64,000 nucleotides of DNA from Pseudomonadota bacterium. Its GTDB lineage: Bacteria > Pseudomonadota > Gammaproteobacteria > JAKAQQ01. The stretch covers positions 87,912-151,911 of the forward strand of contig DAHVLZ010000019.1 in NCBI GenBank assembly GCA_027320085.1, given 5' to 3'. Positions 9,284-17,699 of this stretch are shown here, piece by piece (positions within the stretch are counted from its first letter, which is position 1; every line of letters begins with the position of its first letter). Below the pieces are notes generated by a model. The model did no database searches and was not told the DNA's origin. It saw only the letters and a program-made list of their open reading frames with translations. Made by a program: the position numbers and the translations under genes.

Positions 9284-10150
9284 TTAGCTTTGATGTGGAA
9301 TGTGCCCACCACCGTGCCCGCCTGCTCCCCGCATGGGCCCGCCCCGGAACCGTCCTCCGGGCCCGCCCCGGAACTGGCCGGGTCCGCCCCGGAACTGGCC
9401 GGGTCCGCCACGGAACTGGCCGGGTCCACCACGGAACTGACCGGGTCCACCCCGCATGGGTGGCCGGCCTGGAGCCATGGGTTGGAAAGGGCCGTGCCGG
9501 AGGGGGCCGTAAAAATGGGGATGGGGAGGGTAACCTCCACCCTGGCGTGCGCGATACTGGTTGAACCTCTGCCGGATATTGGGGTGACTCGCGATGAAGC
9601 TACGGCGGTAGTTGGGATGAGCCGGCGCAAAAATGGGGTGCATGCGGGGGCCGCCGCGATGTTCCCAGAAATCGGGGTGATTGCGGAAGCGGGGAACGGC
9701 ACGCTGACGCCAGTCATCGAAGTGATCGAGGTAGGGGTGATAGCGACCCCACCAGTAGGGGTGATGCATTTCGTACCAGGGTCCGACATAGCCCCGCCAC
9801 CACATGAAGTACGGACGGTAGGCGATGACAGGTGGGGGTGGTCCATAGAGCAGGACCTGAGGCAGGACAAACCAAGGTGGTAAGGGAGCCCAGGGGCCAT
9901 AGTAGACCGGGGCATAGAGCCAACCCCCTTGATACCAGCGATAGTAGTAGCCGTTACCGTAATAGGTATAGGTTGCAAAACTTGGCATCCAGAAAACGTT
10001 GACCCCGCCGAAAAGCGAGAAGGCGAATGTCGGTGCACCTATAAAAACACCGAACTGCGCACGGGCAGGCCGAACCGGAACTAGGAGAAAAAGAGCCAAT
10101 ATCCCGGCCATCAGGAGGGTCTGATGGTTTTTCTTTCGTGGATTCAACAT
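9284..10150 (-). CDS. Secreted low-complexity Trp/Tyr/Pro/His-rich protein with a C-terminal (GGPGQFR)n repeat, hypothetical.
   Basis: ORF 9284..10210 trimmed to MLNPRKKNHQTLLMAGILALFLL..ARAQ. A GGAGAC ribosome-binding site lies 5 nt upstream. The protein has a signal peptide, an extreme aromatic/proline composition, and 7-aa tandem repeats encoded by 21-bp DNA repeats. Confidence 0.6.
   Translation of the reverse strand: MLNPRKKNHQTLLMAGILALFLLVPVRPARAQFGVFIGAPTFAFSLFGGVNVFWMPSFATYTYYGNGYYYRWYQGGWLYAPVYYGPWAPLPPWFVLPQVLLYGPPPPVIAYRPYFMWWRGYVGPWYEMHHPYWWGRYHPYLDHFDDWRQRAVPRFRNHPDFWEHRGGPRMHPIFAPAHPNYRRSFIASHPNIRQRFNQYRARQGGGYPPHPHFYGPLRHGPFQPMAPGRPPMRGGPGQFRGGPGQFRGGPGQFRGGPGQFRGGPGGRFRGGPMRGAGGHGGGHIPHQS
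9340..9447. repeat. A 21-bp tandem repeat in about 5 units (gccccggaactggccgggtcc and variants). It is coding and lies inside the 9284..10150 CDS.
   Basis: Direct inspection shows units at 9364, 9385, 9406 and 9427, plus a degenerate first unit. Confidence 0.85.
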
Positions 10151-10353
10151 GGTAGTCTCCTCTGCCGGGTTCCCCGGCGTTGCCAGGTCACGGATCCCTC
10201 CGCCTGCCACTCGAAAAGAGGGTGGGACACCCCATCCACTGTATCAAACGCTGTCTGCCCGGGTTGGTTGACCCCTAGGGGTTTTTTACAGTGGTTTAGT
10301 GTATGATGCCACGGGTCTTAGTCTGATTTGGAGCTTCGGCTCAGGAGTTTGCG

Positions 10354-10698
10354 TTGAACAATAAGCTTTATGTTGGTAACCTGAACTACCGGACCAATAG
10401 CGCGGAGCTTGAACAGCTCTTTGCTGCCTATGGTTCGGTGCGTTCCGTACAGATCATATCGGATCGACATACCGGTCAGTCCAAAGGGTTTGGTTTCGTG
10501 GAAATGGGCAGTGCTCAGGAAGCCCAGGCAGCCATGAACGCTCTCAATGGAAAGGATTTCAATGGCCGGAATCTCACCGTGAATGAAGCCCGCCCGCAGA
10601 CGGAAAATGGAAACCGTGGCGGCGCCTCCCGGGGCCCGGGTCGGCGCAGTGGCGGCTTTGGGGGCAGCCCCTCGTCTGGAGGACACGGTCACTTCTAA
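10354..10698 (+). CDS. RRM-type RNA-binding protein with a glycine-rich C-terminal tail.
   Basis: The start MNNKLYVGNLNY fits RNP2 and KGFGFVEM fits RNP1. The tail is Gly/Arg/Ser-rich. Confidence 0.9.
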   Translation: MNNKLYVGNLNYRTNSAELEQLFAAYGSVRSVQIISDRHTGQSKGFGFVEMGSAQEAQAAMNALNGKDFNGRNLTVNEARPQTENGNRGGASRGPGRRSGGFGGSPSSGGHGHF

Positions 10699-11109
10699 AT
10701 CGATTTGCCCCCGTCCTGCTCGATCCCTCTCCCTCTTTCCCGGAAGTTCAGATCGCAAGCCTTGACCCTTCACATCGTGAAGGGCGGTAGTCTTGTGTTT
10801 TCATCCGGCGATGAGAAGATGGCTGGATGGCCACCGAAGGGGTCAAATAGGATGGGACTGGATAGGCCAAGGTTCCAGATGGAACCTTGGCTGCCCAGAG
10901 CTTCCGATCTTTACTCCACTTGGGCTCGTCGTCGAGAGGTCGCAGTGAGATGCCGCCATACGAACGTTCCCCAGCATGCCTACAATGGGCACGAGAAGTT
11001 TGACCTCATCCTGCGGCATGAGTCCGGGACTCGTGCGCGGGGTGCCTACATGCGGGACCCGGTGTATGAACAGTCTGCCGCGCAGGATCCTGGGGCGTGA
11101 GAGGGACTG

Positions 11110-13029
11110 ATGGCCACTCGACCCACGGCCCGACGCACCCCTGTCCGACTGCTTCTGGTCAATCCCCGCTTCCCGGAAAGTTTCTGGAGTTTCCGGTGGG
11201 CGTTGGAGCGGATCTTGCCGGGCAAGCGGGCGGTCAATCCGCCTCTGGGTTTGGCCACGGTAGCCGCCCTGTGCCCCCCTGACTGGTCGGTCCGGATTGT
11301 CGACGAAAACATCGAATCGATCCCGTTGGAGCCCGATGTGGATATCATCGGGGTTTGCGGGATGGGCGTCCAGTTCAAGCGGGAAAGCGAGATCCTGAAG
11401 TACTACCGGAGTCGCGGCTATTATGTCGTGGCGGGTGGCAGTTATGCGTCCCTCTGTCCGGAATCCTTCGGGGAGCTGGCACACACCGTCATTTCGGGCG
11501 AGGCTGAATATGTCTGGGGACGGTTTTGCGAGGACTTCCAGGCGGGGCAACCCCAGTCGCTGTACCGGGAAACCGGAACCGTGGACCTCGCCGATTCACC
11601 GCCCCCCCGTTTTGACCTGCTGAAACTTGAACAGTACACGACTGTCAGCTTACAGTTTTCCCGCGGGTGTCCGTATCGGTGCGAGTTCTGCGACATCATT
11701 GTCATGTTCGGTCGCCGACCGCGCACCAAACGGCCGGAACAGATCGGAATGGAACTGGATCTCCTGCGGGAGCGAGACGTTCACAACGTCTTTTTTGTTG
11801 ATGACAACCTGATCGGTAACAAGAAGGCGGCGCGCGAGCTCTTGATCTACCTTGCCCAGTACCAGCGAAAACATGACTATGTCTTTCGTTTCGGCACCGA
11901 GGCCTCTCTCAATCTCGCCCTGGATGACGAGTTGATGGAACTGTTTCGCGCGGCCAACTTTAGCTGGGTTTTTCTGGGGATCGAGACCCCGGATCCGGAC
12001 AGCCTGCAGGAGGTCCAGAAGACCCAGAACCTGGCTCAGGACGTGCTGACGGCCGTGCGGAAGATTTATGACCACGGGCTTGATGTCTTTGCTGGATTTA
12101 TCGTGGGCTTCGACCATGATCGTGTGGAGACGTTCGACCGCCAGTACCGCTTTATCCTGGATTCCGGAATTCAGGCTTCGATGATCGGGTTGCTGACCGC
12201 GATGCCCAAGACTCCGCTCTACGAGCGGTTGACCCGGGAGGGTCGATTGGTGCCCACGCTCGAGCTGGCCGACAACACCAAGCCTGTGACGAACGTGGTT
12301 CCGCTGCACATGAGTGTGGCTGATCTGGTCCGGGAGTATCAGTCGCTCTACCAGCGACTGTTCTGCGATGCCAATATCGCCAAACGCATCCGCAACAAGT
12401 TCCGGTATCTGGCACACCGGGTTCCGCGTCACCAGGTTCCATCCGAGCGTAACGGAACGATTCTGCGCCGGCTGTTCTATTCCGGCCTGTTGCCGGGCGG
12501 GCCGGTTCGGGTCTACCGCTTCGTTTCGACGCTGGTGGTGACTCCGTGGCGGGCCTGGCCTCTGGTTGTCACGGACTGGATTCAGGGCCTTTCCATCCGT
12601 TCCTACATTCACCGGCATCTCGACCCTGACTTGGCGCAAGCACAACGCGTGGTGGAGACGACACGAAAACGGTTGAGCAGGTACCTGCACCCGCGGTCCT
12701 CAACCCCTTCCCTCCGGGTGGCCCTGTCCATGAATGGCACAATCCCCTGCCTGCAGCTGTGGTTGGAGGGGACGGTGGATCGGGCTTTTTTCCGGTATGC
12801 AGCACGTCGGCTCTGCGGCATGCTGAACCAGAGTGCGGCGGCGCTTTTCCTGCATGTGGCGGATCTGCGCGAGGATCAACACCGGTTGTTTGACCGGTTT
12901 CTGGACCGTTTGTCTCCCTATGGAGACCGGGTCTCGATTTTCATCAACCAGAAGATCCGGACGCAGATGATGGTCGACTCGTCTGTTTTCCATCTCCTGC
13001 TCGAAGATCCGACCGCCAGCGCATCGTGA
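11110..13029 (+). CDS. B12-binding-domain radical SAM enzyme with a C-terminal extension (DUF4070-like), function unknown.
   Basis: An N-terminal cobalamin-binding-like region (LLLVNPRF..., GGSYAS) is followed by the radical-SAM cysteine triad CPYRCEFCD. Length is 639 aa. Confidence 0.8.
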   Translation: MATRPTARRTPVRLLLVNPRFPESFWSFRWALERILPGKRAVNPPLGLATVAALCPPDWSVRIVDENIESIPLEPDVDIIGVCGMGVQFKRESEILKYYRSRGYYVVAGGSYASLCPESFGELAHTVISGEAEYVWGRFCEDFQAGQPQSLYRETGTVDLADSPPPRFDLLKLEQYTTVSLQFSRGCPYRCEFCDIIVMFGRRPRTKRPEQIGMELDLLRERDVHNVFFVDDNLIGNKKAARELLIYLAQYQRKHDYVFRFGTEASLNLALDDELMELFRAANFSWVFLGIETPDPDSLQEVQKTQNLAQDVLTAVRKIYDHGLDVFAGFIVGFDHDRVETFDRQYRFILDSGIQASMIGLLTAMPKTPLYERLTREGRLVPTLELADNTKPVTNVVPLHMSVADLVREYQSLYQRLFCDANIAKRIRNKFRYLAHRVPRHQVPSERNGTILRRLFYSGLLPGGPVRVYRFVSTLVVTPWRAWPLVVTDWIQGLSIRSYIHRHLDPDLAQAQRVVETTRKRLSRYLHPRSSTPSLRVALSMNGTIPCLQLWLEGTVDRAFFRYAARRLCGMLNQSAAALFLHVADLREDQHRLFDRFLDRLSPYGDRVSIFINQKIRTQMMVDSSVFHLLLEDPTASAS

Positions 13030-13177
13030 GATCCTAAGGTCGGAACCCTCTCCGAGTGTGCGGAGGGGATCCGGGGCAGTGGATCCCCGGGCGAGAGACG
13101 GGGGTATCATGACTGGTGGGGGAAGCCGCTCGATGCCCGTTTGCGGGCGGGTCCCGGATGAAGGGGGAGGAGGGGCG

Positions 13178-13558
13178 ATGGATCAGTGCGCACGAGAATC
13201 AAAGCCGGATCTTTTGAATGACCGGAAGGCGACCTTCAGCTTGTGGGTTGTCCCTGTGCTCATCATTCTGATCGGCAGCAGCCTGCCCCGGCCTCTCCAT
13301 ACGGCACTCTGGGCACTCGGTTTTTCGGTCCTGGCGGCGGCCTGTGCGGTCAATGCCCGCCGTTGCGGTCGGCGACATTGTTTTTATACGGCACCGTTGT
13401 TCTTGGTTCTGGCTTTGGGTTCCCTGCTCTTCGGAATGGGCCTGCTCCCTCTGGGTCCTCACGGTTGGGGTGACCTCGTGGGGGTGGCCGTAGGCGGCTG
13501 GCTTTTGTCATGTTGCGTCATCGAACCCTGGAAGGGCCGTTACCTCCGGACCAAGTGA
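13178..13558 (+). CDS. Small integral membrane protein, hypothetical.
   Basis: ORF 13058..13558 trimmed to MDQCARE..., which is preceded by a GGAGGAGG ribosome-binding site. It has 3-4 hydrophobic helices. Confidence 0.45.
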   Translation: MDQCARESKPDLLNDRKATFSLWVVPVLIILIGSSLPRPLHTALWALGFSVLAAACAVNARRCGRRHCFYTAPLFLVLALGSLLFGMGLLPLGPHGWGDLVGVAVGGWLLSCCVIEPWKGRYLRTK

Positions 13559-13589
13559 TCCTGGTCCCTGAACCGGGTTCTCGCCTCAG

Positions 13590-13694
13590 TCACTCAACGG
13601 CTCAGAGGATCTGCGGTTCCGGTTTGAGGTCGAGCCCGAAATTTGAACGGACGGATTCTTGGATCCGTTGGGCGAGTGACCAGATCTGGGCGCC
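13590..13694. repeat. A 105-bp perfect direct repeat (copy 1), identical to the murB 3' end plus 12 nt of downstream flank.
   Basis: Positions 13590-13694 match 14891-14995 exactly (tcactcaacggctcagaggatctgcggttccggtttgagg...cagatctgggcgcc). Confidence 0.9.
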
Positions 13695-13744
13695 CGGGGT
13701 CGAACCATAAATTGATGAGAACCAGGTTCAGGATTGGGAGATCC

Positions 13745-13975
13745 CGGATCCCCGGGATCTGGCTTGGGTTCCCGGATTCGGCGAGCCGAGCGGCACGAGC
13801 CGGCACGCGAAAGGTGTGATGACGGTCGAGTGGGGCATCCGGCCAGAGCGTGGGGTTCGAAGATCGGGACACTGTTGGGACGTTCTCTGGACAGCCTGAG
13901 CTGATTTCCGGTTCGGTCCGCCAGATGTAGAGCTGCAGTTGGGGGCGATTGGGGCGTCGAATCACTGAGCCTGCC
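13745..13975 (-). pseudogene. Diverged partial duplicate of the murB 5' region (about 60 codons) plus a diverged tRNA-Val 3'-half remnant. It is fused to repeat copy 1 and is nonfunctional.
   Basis: Positions 13790-13890 align at about 80% identity with 15830-15930 (cggcacgagccggcacgcgaaaggtgtgatgacggtcgag...). Positions 13939-13975 (ttgggggcgattggggcgtcgaatcactgagcctgcc) resemble the tRNA-Val 3' half. ORF 13594..14100 translates as a MurB N-terminus (SRSSNPTLWPDAPLDRHHTFRVPARAA...) and then loses homology. Confidence 0.6.
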
Positions 13976-14162
13976 ATGCGGGAGGCAGGAAACACCAAAA
14001 GTACCCCAAGTTTTATAGGGACCTGAGCTGCACGAAAGGGCCCGGTCAGCGACCCGCTTGCACCGGATTTGTACCGGTCATCACCAGCCAGATGTCTCAA
14101 GGGACATGGTCAGGGACATGGTCAGGATTGATGTTTCGTAATCATTCGATTACAATGCAGCG

Positions 14163-14462
14163 ATGACCTACTCGGTGAAGCTGCTCGGTGAGTTTTCTGA
14201 CTGGCTTGCAGGCTTGAAGGACGGACTGACAAGACAACGCCTCGTCAAGCGTCTTCGTAAAGCGCAACTGGGCAACCTTGGCGATGTGGAGCCGGTAGGA
14301 GGAGGTGTATTTGAAATGCGCGAGCATTTTGGACCTGGATGGCGTATGTATTATGTTCAGCGCAGTAGAACGCTGATTGTCATGCTGGCAGGTGGCGACA
14401 AGACTACGCAACAGTCGGACATTGAGCGGGCCATTGCGTTTGCAAAGTCGCTGGAGGATTGA
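14163..14462 (+). CDS. Type II toxin, RelE/ParE superfamily (HigB-like addiction-module killer protein).
   Basis: It is 99 aa. The C-terminal LIVMLAGGDKTTQQSDIERA and the GNLGDVEPVGGGVFEMR motif are typical of the killer-protein family. A 4-nt overlap with the downstream antitoxin suggests translational coupling. Confidence 0.8.
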   Translation: MTYSVKLLGEFSDWLAGLKDGLTRQRLVKRLRKAQLGNLGDVEPVGGGVFEMREHFGPGWRMYYVQRSRTLIVMLAGGDKTTQQSDIERAIAFAKSLED

Positions 14463-14779
14463 TCATGGTTCATAAAGTCAAAGTCTCTGAGCTTTCAGAA
14501 CTCGACGTATCTGAGTACCTGGATAGCGGGGAAGATATCGCCGCCTATTTGACCGCTGTTCTGGAAGAAAACGATCCGGCGCTGCTAGCTGCAGCCTTGG
14601 GCGACATTGCCCGCGCCCGAGGAATGACTCAGGTGGCCAAGGACGCTGGCATCACTCGCGAAGCCTTGTATAAGGCACTTCGACAAAACAGCGAACCGAG
14701 ATTTGAAACGATCCAACGGGTTTGTACCGCTTTGGGTGTGCAACTGGTAGCACAATCCATGCACTTGCGTCATGCTTGA
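14459..14779 (+). CDS. Type II antitoxin, HTH (XRE)-type addiction-module antidote protein (HigA-like).
   Basis: It is 106 aa. The helix-turn-helix segment reads MTQVAKDAGITREALYKAL. It is encoded after the toxin, which is the reversed higBA gene order. Confidence 0.8.
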   Translation: MIMVHKVKVSELSELDVSEYLDSGEDIAAYLTAVLEENDPALLAAALGDIARARGMTQVAKDAGITREALYKALRQNSEPRFETIQRVCTALGVQLVAQSMHLRHA

Positions 14780-14890
14780 TGCGCACAACAGGCGACCAAT
14801 CCACCCGCGTGAAATTTTATGCGAGGGGTGTCCGGATTCCGGAGGAACGCTGTGCCTCTGGTGCAAGGTTGATGCAGATTCTTGTGCCAT

Positions 14891-14995
14891 TCACTCAACG
14901 GCTCAGAGGATCTGCGGTTCCGGTTTGAGGTCGAGCCCGAAATTTGAACGGACGGATTCTTGGATCCGTTGGGCGAGTGACCAGATCTGGGCGCC
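14891..14995. repeat. A 105-bp perfect direct repeat (copy 2). It covers the last 93 nt of murB plus 12 nt of downstream flank.
   Basis: Identical to 13590-13694. Confidence 0.9.
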
Positions 14996-15931
14996 TGTTG
15001 CCGTGCCATGGTTGACGAGAACGAGAGCATGCTGGGGTGAGACGCCCGCATCCCCCTCCCGGAATCCCTTCCACCCCGCCCGTTCGATGAGCCAGGCTGC
15101 GCTCACCTTCTGGCCTGACGGACTCTCAAAGACGGGGAGGTCGGGAAAGCGATCACGGAGCGACTGGACGCGCTCCGGTGTCAGGATGGGGTTCTTGAAG
15201 AAACTTCCTGCATTCCCGATCTCGGCCGGGTCCGGCAGCTTGCGTCGCCGTAGCCGGATGATGGCCTCGGCGACAGTGCGGGCCGTGGGAGGATCGGCCT
15301 GCAGGGCGGCCAGTTCCTCCCGGAGGCCGGGATAGTCGATCCGGAGAGCGGTCTCGAGGCCCAGCCGGAGCTCGATGGCGGTGATGATCCACCGGTCGGG
15401 CTCCCTCTGGAAACGGCTCTGGCGATAGCCGAACCCGCAAGCTTCCCGGTCCAGTCGCCGCCCCTGCCCGGCATGGCAGTCAAAGACTTCGACCGCTTCC
15501 AACACGTCGGAGAGTTCTGAGCCATAGGCGCCGATGTTCTGGACTGGCGCTGCCCCGACGCTGCCCGGGATGAGCGCCAGATTCTCGAGTCCGCAGAGGT
15601 TCCGATCGAGCGTCCATGTGACCAGCTCATGCCAGCCGACCCCGGCTTCCGCCCGGACACCCACGGTTCCGGATTCGGTGGAAAGGACTTTCGTGCCCCG
15701 GTTCCTCAGGATCAGCACCAGCCCCGGGAAATCCCGGGTGAAGAGCACGTTGCTGCCGGAGCCCAGTACCAGTCTCGGCTGGTTCCGGATTTGCGGGAGG
15801 TCCAGGATCTCCGGAATTTGATCCGGGTTTTCGATTTCGGCGAGCCAGGCAGCACGAGCCGGCACGCGAAAGGTGTTATGACGGTCGAGCGGAGCATCCG
15901 GGCTGAGCGTGGGATTCGAGGATCGGGACAT
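14903..15931 (-). CDS. murB: UDP-N-acetylenolpyruvoylglucosamine reductase.
   Basis: ORF 14903..16084 trimmed to MSRSSNPTL.... The longer N-terminus reads through the tRNA remnant. MurB motifs are present: LVLGSGSNVLF, LENLALIPGSVGAAPVQNIGAYG, GNAGSFFKNP and AAWLIERAGWKG. Confidence 0.85.
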   Translation of the reverse strand: MSRSSNPTLSPDAPLDRHNTFRVPARAAWLAEIENPDQIPEILDLPQIRNQPRLVLGSGSNVLFTRDFPGLVLILRNRGTKVLSTESGTVGVRAEAGVGWHELVTWTLDRNLCGLENLALIPGSVGAAPVQNIGAYGSELSDVLEAVEVFDCHAGQGRRLDREACGFGYRQSRFQREPDRWIITAIELRLGLETALRIDYPGLREELAALQADPPTARTVAEAIIRLRRRKLPDPAEIGNAGSFFKNPILTPERVQSLRDRFPDLPVFESPSGQKVSAAWLIERAGWKGFREGDAGVSPQHALVLVNHGTATGAQIWSLAQRIQESVRSNFGLDLKPEPQIL

Positions 15932-15998
15932 ATTCCGGTCGTCCTCGTGGGCAGCCTGAGCCGACTTCAGGTCTGGTCCGCCCGACGATGGTGCGGTT

Positions 15999-16047
15999 TG
16001 GTGGGCGATAGTGGGATCGAACCACTGACCCCTGTCGTTGTGAAAGC
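15999..16047 (-). other. tRNA-Val 3'-half remnant (acceptor and T-arm down to the anticodon loop). This is the distal att site of the tRNA-Val island.
   Basis: tggtgggcgatagtgggatcgaaccactgacccctgtcgttgtgaaagc compares with the intact tRNA-Val at 26218-26266, tggtgggcgatgcaaggttcgaacttgcgacccctgccgtgtgaaagc. The T-stem changes are compensatory. Confidence 0.75.
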
Positions 16048-16414
16048 TCACTGGGGTCGGCGTCCAGTATGGGTTTTCAGCCAAATCAACGAGTTAGGAC
16101 AGCACAAAACCCACCTAGCAACACATTTTACACGTCGAATTGTACCCAAAGTGTACCCAAATGTCTTGGCGTCGTAGGGGCACCGGGCCGGACCCGGCGG
16201 CGAATTTTTCCGGGCCCTTGTCAGACACGCCGGGGCCGCCTGGACGGGGAGCAGGCCGAACAACGGCGCGTAGCGCCGGCGGTAAGGCCGTATCTCCTGC
16301 ACAGTAGGAGCTTCGTCGCCTCTCGGCGCCGAAGGTGTACCTCGTGCGGTTTATCAGCAGGAGCCATCTCCGCGAATTTTTCCCGTGGCCTAAGAGCACC
16401 TCAGTCCAATAACT

Positions 16415-16660
16415 GTGGTAACCAGTATGCCCAAAGCAACCCTCGACGCCAAGCAGCTGGCGGAAGTGCTACACCTGAACGCCCGCACCATCACCAATAA
16501 CGTCCTGACTCACCCGGAACGGCTACCGTCCTTCGTGCGTCTTCCCTCCGGGAAGACCATCTGGTTTGAGGAGGACGTCCAGGCCTGGCTGGAGGAGCGG
16601 CGTGTCCAGGTGTTACCGACGCAGCGACATCCAACCGACTTTAGCCGCAGGTGGTGGTAA
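16415..16660 (+). CDS. AlpA/Xis-family phage-type DNA-binding regulator or excisionase.
   Basis: It is 81 aa. The segment LAEVLHLNARTITNNVLTHPERLPSFVRLPSGKTIWFEEDVQAWLEERR fits the AlpA family. It lies inside the island near the distal att site. Confidence 0.65.
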   Translation: MVTSMPKATLDAKQLAEVLHLNARTITNNVLTHPERLPSFVRLPSGKTIWFEEDVQAWLEERRVQVLPTQRHPTDFSRRWW

Positions 16661-17009
16661 TGGGGTCGGCCCGGGAAGGCCAGGCATGCGGTAGGCCCGA
16701 CGTTGAGGCGTGGCTGGCAGCCTTGACTGTGCGCGCCACTGGCCGCAGGCAGCCCCGCAACCGAACCAGCCACCGCCGGCCCTGACCGGCGAGGCGGCAA
16801 TTTGGGATAAGTATAAATAGCGGCGAATTGGAGCGCACCCAGAGGGCGCTTCGTCGCTCGCTGTGCCGATGTGGCAGTTCTGGAGATTGAGCGGTTTGCC
16901 GATAAGTACTGATAACAGTAGACTCGGAGAGCGTGGATTCGCGCACATTGGGGTTAACTTACCTTGCCGAAACATCTATGACTTCAGCGTACTTTTTCGC
17001 TAGCTAAGG

Positions 17010-17692
17010 ATGCGGAGAATTCAGCGCGTGACGTCCAAGACTTCGACTACGCGCGGTACTGGCAGCCCAACAGTCCTTCCAGCTCTGTGTCATGGGAGTA
17101 ACTCCTTGAGCAGCCTTTTTGTGTTGTCTTGGGTGAAGCTGGCATCGGTAAGACCACCGAATTTCAGGACCGAACCAGTAGGCTTCAGGAGGAAGGCAAA
17201 GCGGCCTTCTTTGTACCCCTCGATATTGCCGAAAATGAAAAAGCCTCTTCGGTCGGCTTGCCAGGGGACTGTACCCTTTCAACATATGGCAGGCGGGAAC
17301 AGACGTCGGCTACTTTTTTTAGATGCAGTCGATGAAGCGCTCTGGCGAAAAATGCCGACCTCGAAGTGGCACTCGAAAATGTGGTCCACCAGATAGGCTC
17401 TGTCCCAGGTGCTCTTGCCCGTGCCCGATTCATAGTGTCGACCCGTATAGGTGACTGGTATACACGAGGCGTGCCAGACACTGTCGGACAATTTATCGGC
17501 CACACATCCAACGGCAACCAGGCAACTTCGGTCGCGCCGCTTGTGTATTCCTTGAACCCATTGTCTGCAGAGGATGCAAAAGCTCTGGCCAAGTTTTATG
17601 GCGCTATTGACGCGAACTTGTTTTGGCGAGAGGTAGAACGGGTCGTGTCGCAAAAGTGGTGGAAACAAAAGTGGCGTAGTCTCCGAGATTGA
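17010..17692 (+). pseudogene. 5' portion of a P-loop NTPase gene. It is frameshifted and interrupted by an IS256-family insertion.
   Basis: A Walker A motif (LGEAGIGKTTEF) and a Walker-B-like motif (LLFLDAVDEA) sit in different frames. GC content is lower here. The fragment ends at the IS junction. Confidence 0.5.
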
Positions 17693-17699
17693 AAACCAA

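Noticed and set aside
9340-9447. Regularly spaced 21-bp repeats, considered as a possible CRISPR or minisatellite.
   Set aside because: They are contiguous with no spacers. They sit in frame inside a CDS and encode GGPGQFR repeats.
10700-11110. Possible cobalamin riboswitch upstream of the B12-dependent radical-SAM gene.
   Set aside because: No B12-box consensus could be recognised by eye. Only the palindrome was reported, as a low-confidence observation.
10843-11550. A 235-aa minus-strand ORF, and similar ORFs at 11650..12690 and 12700..13110.
   Set aside because: They are antisense to the strongly supported B12 radical-SAM gene and have no motifs.
13590-13694. Considered whether the 105-bp repeats are tRNA or tmRNA 3' ends (att sites).
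   Set aside because: No cloverleaf or T-arm could be folded. The sequence is simply the 3' coding end of murB. The real tRNA-Val remnants lie elsewhere (15999-16047 and about 13939-13975).
13594-14100. A 168-aa ORF.
   Set aside because: It is a chimera. A diverged MurB N-terminal fragment reads into the 105-bp repeat in a non-MurB frame. It is treated as a recombination artefact or pseudogene, not a gene.
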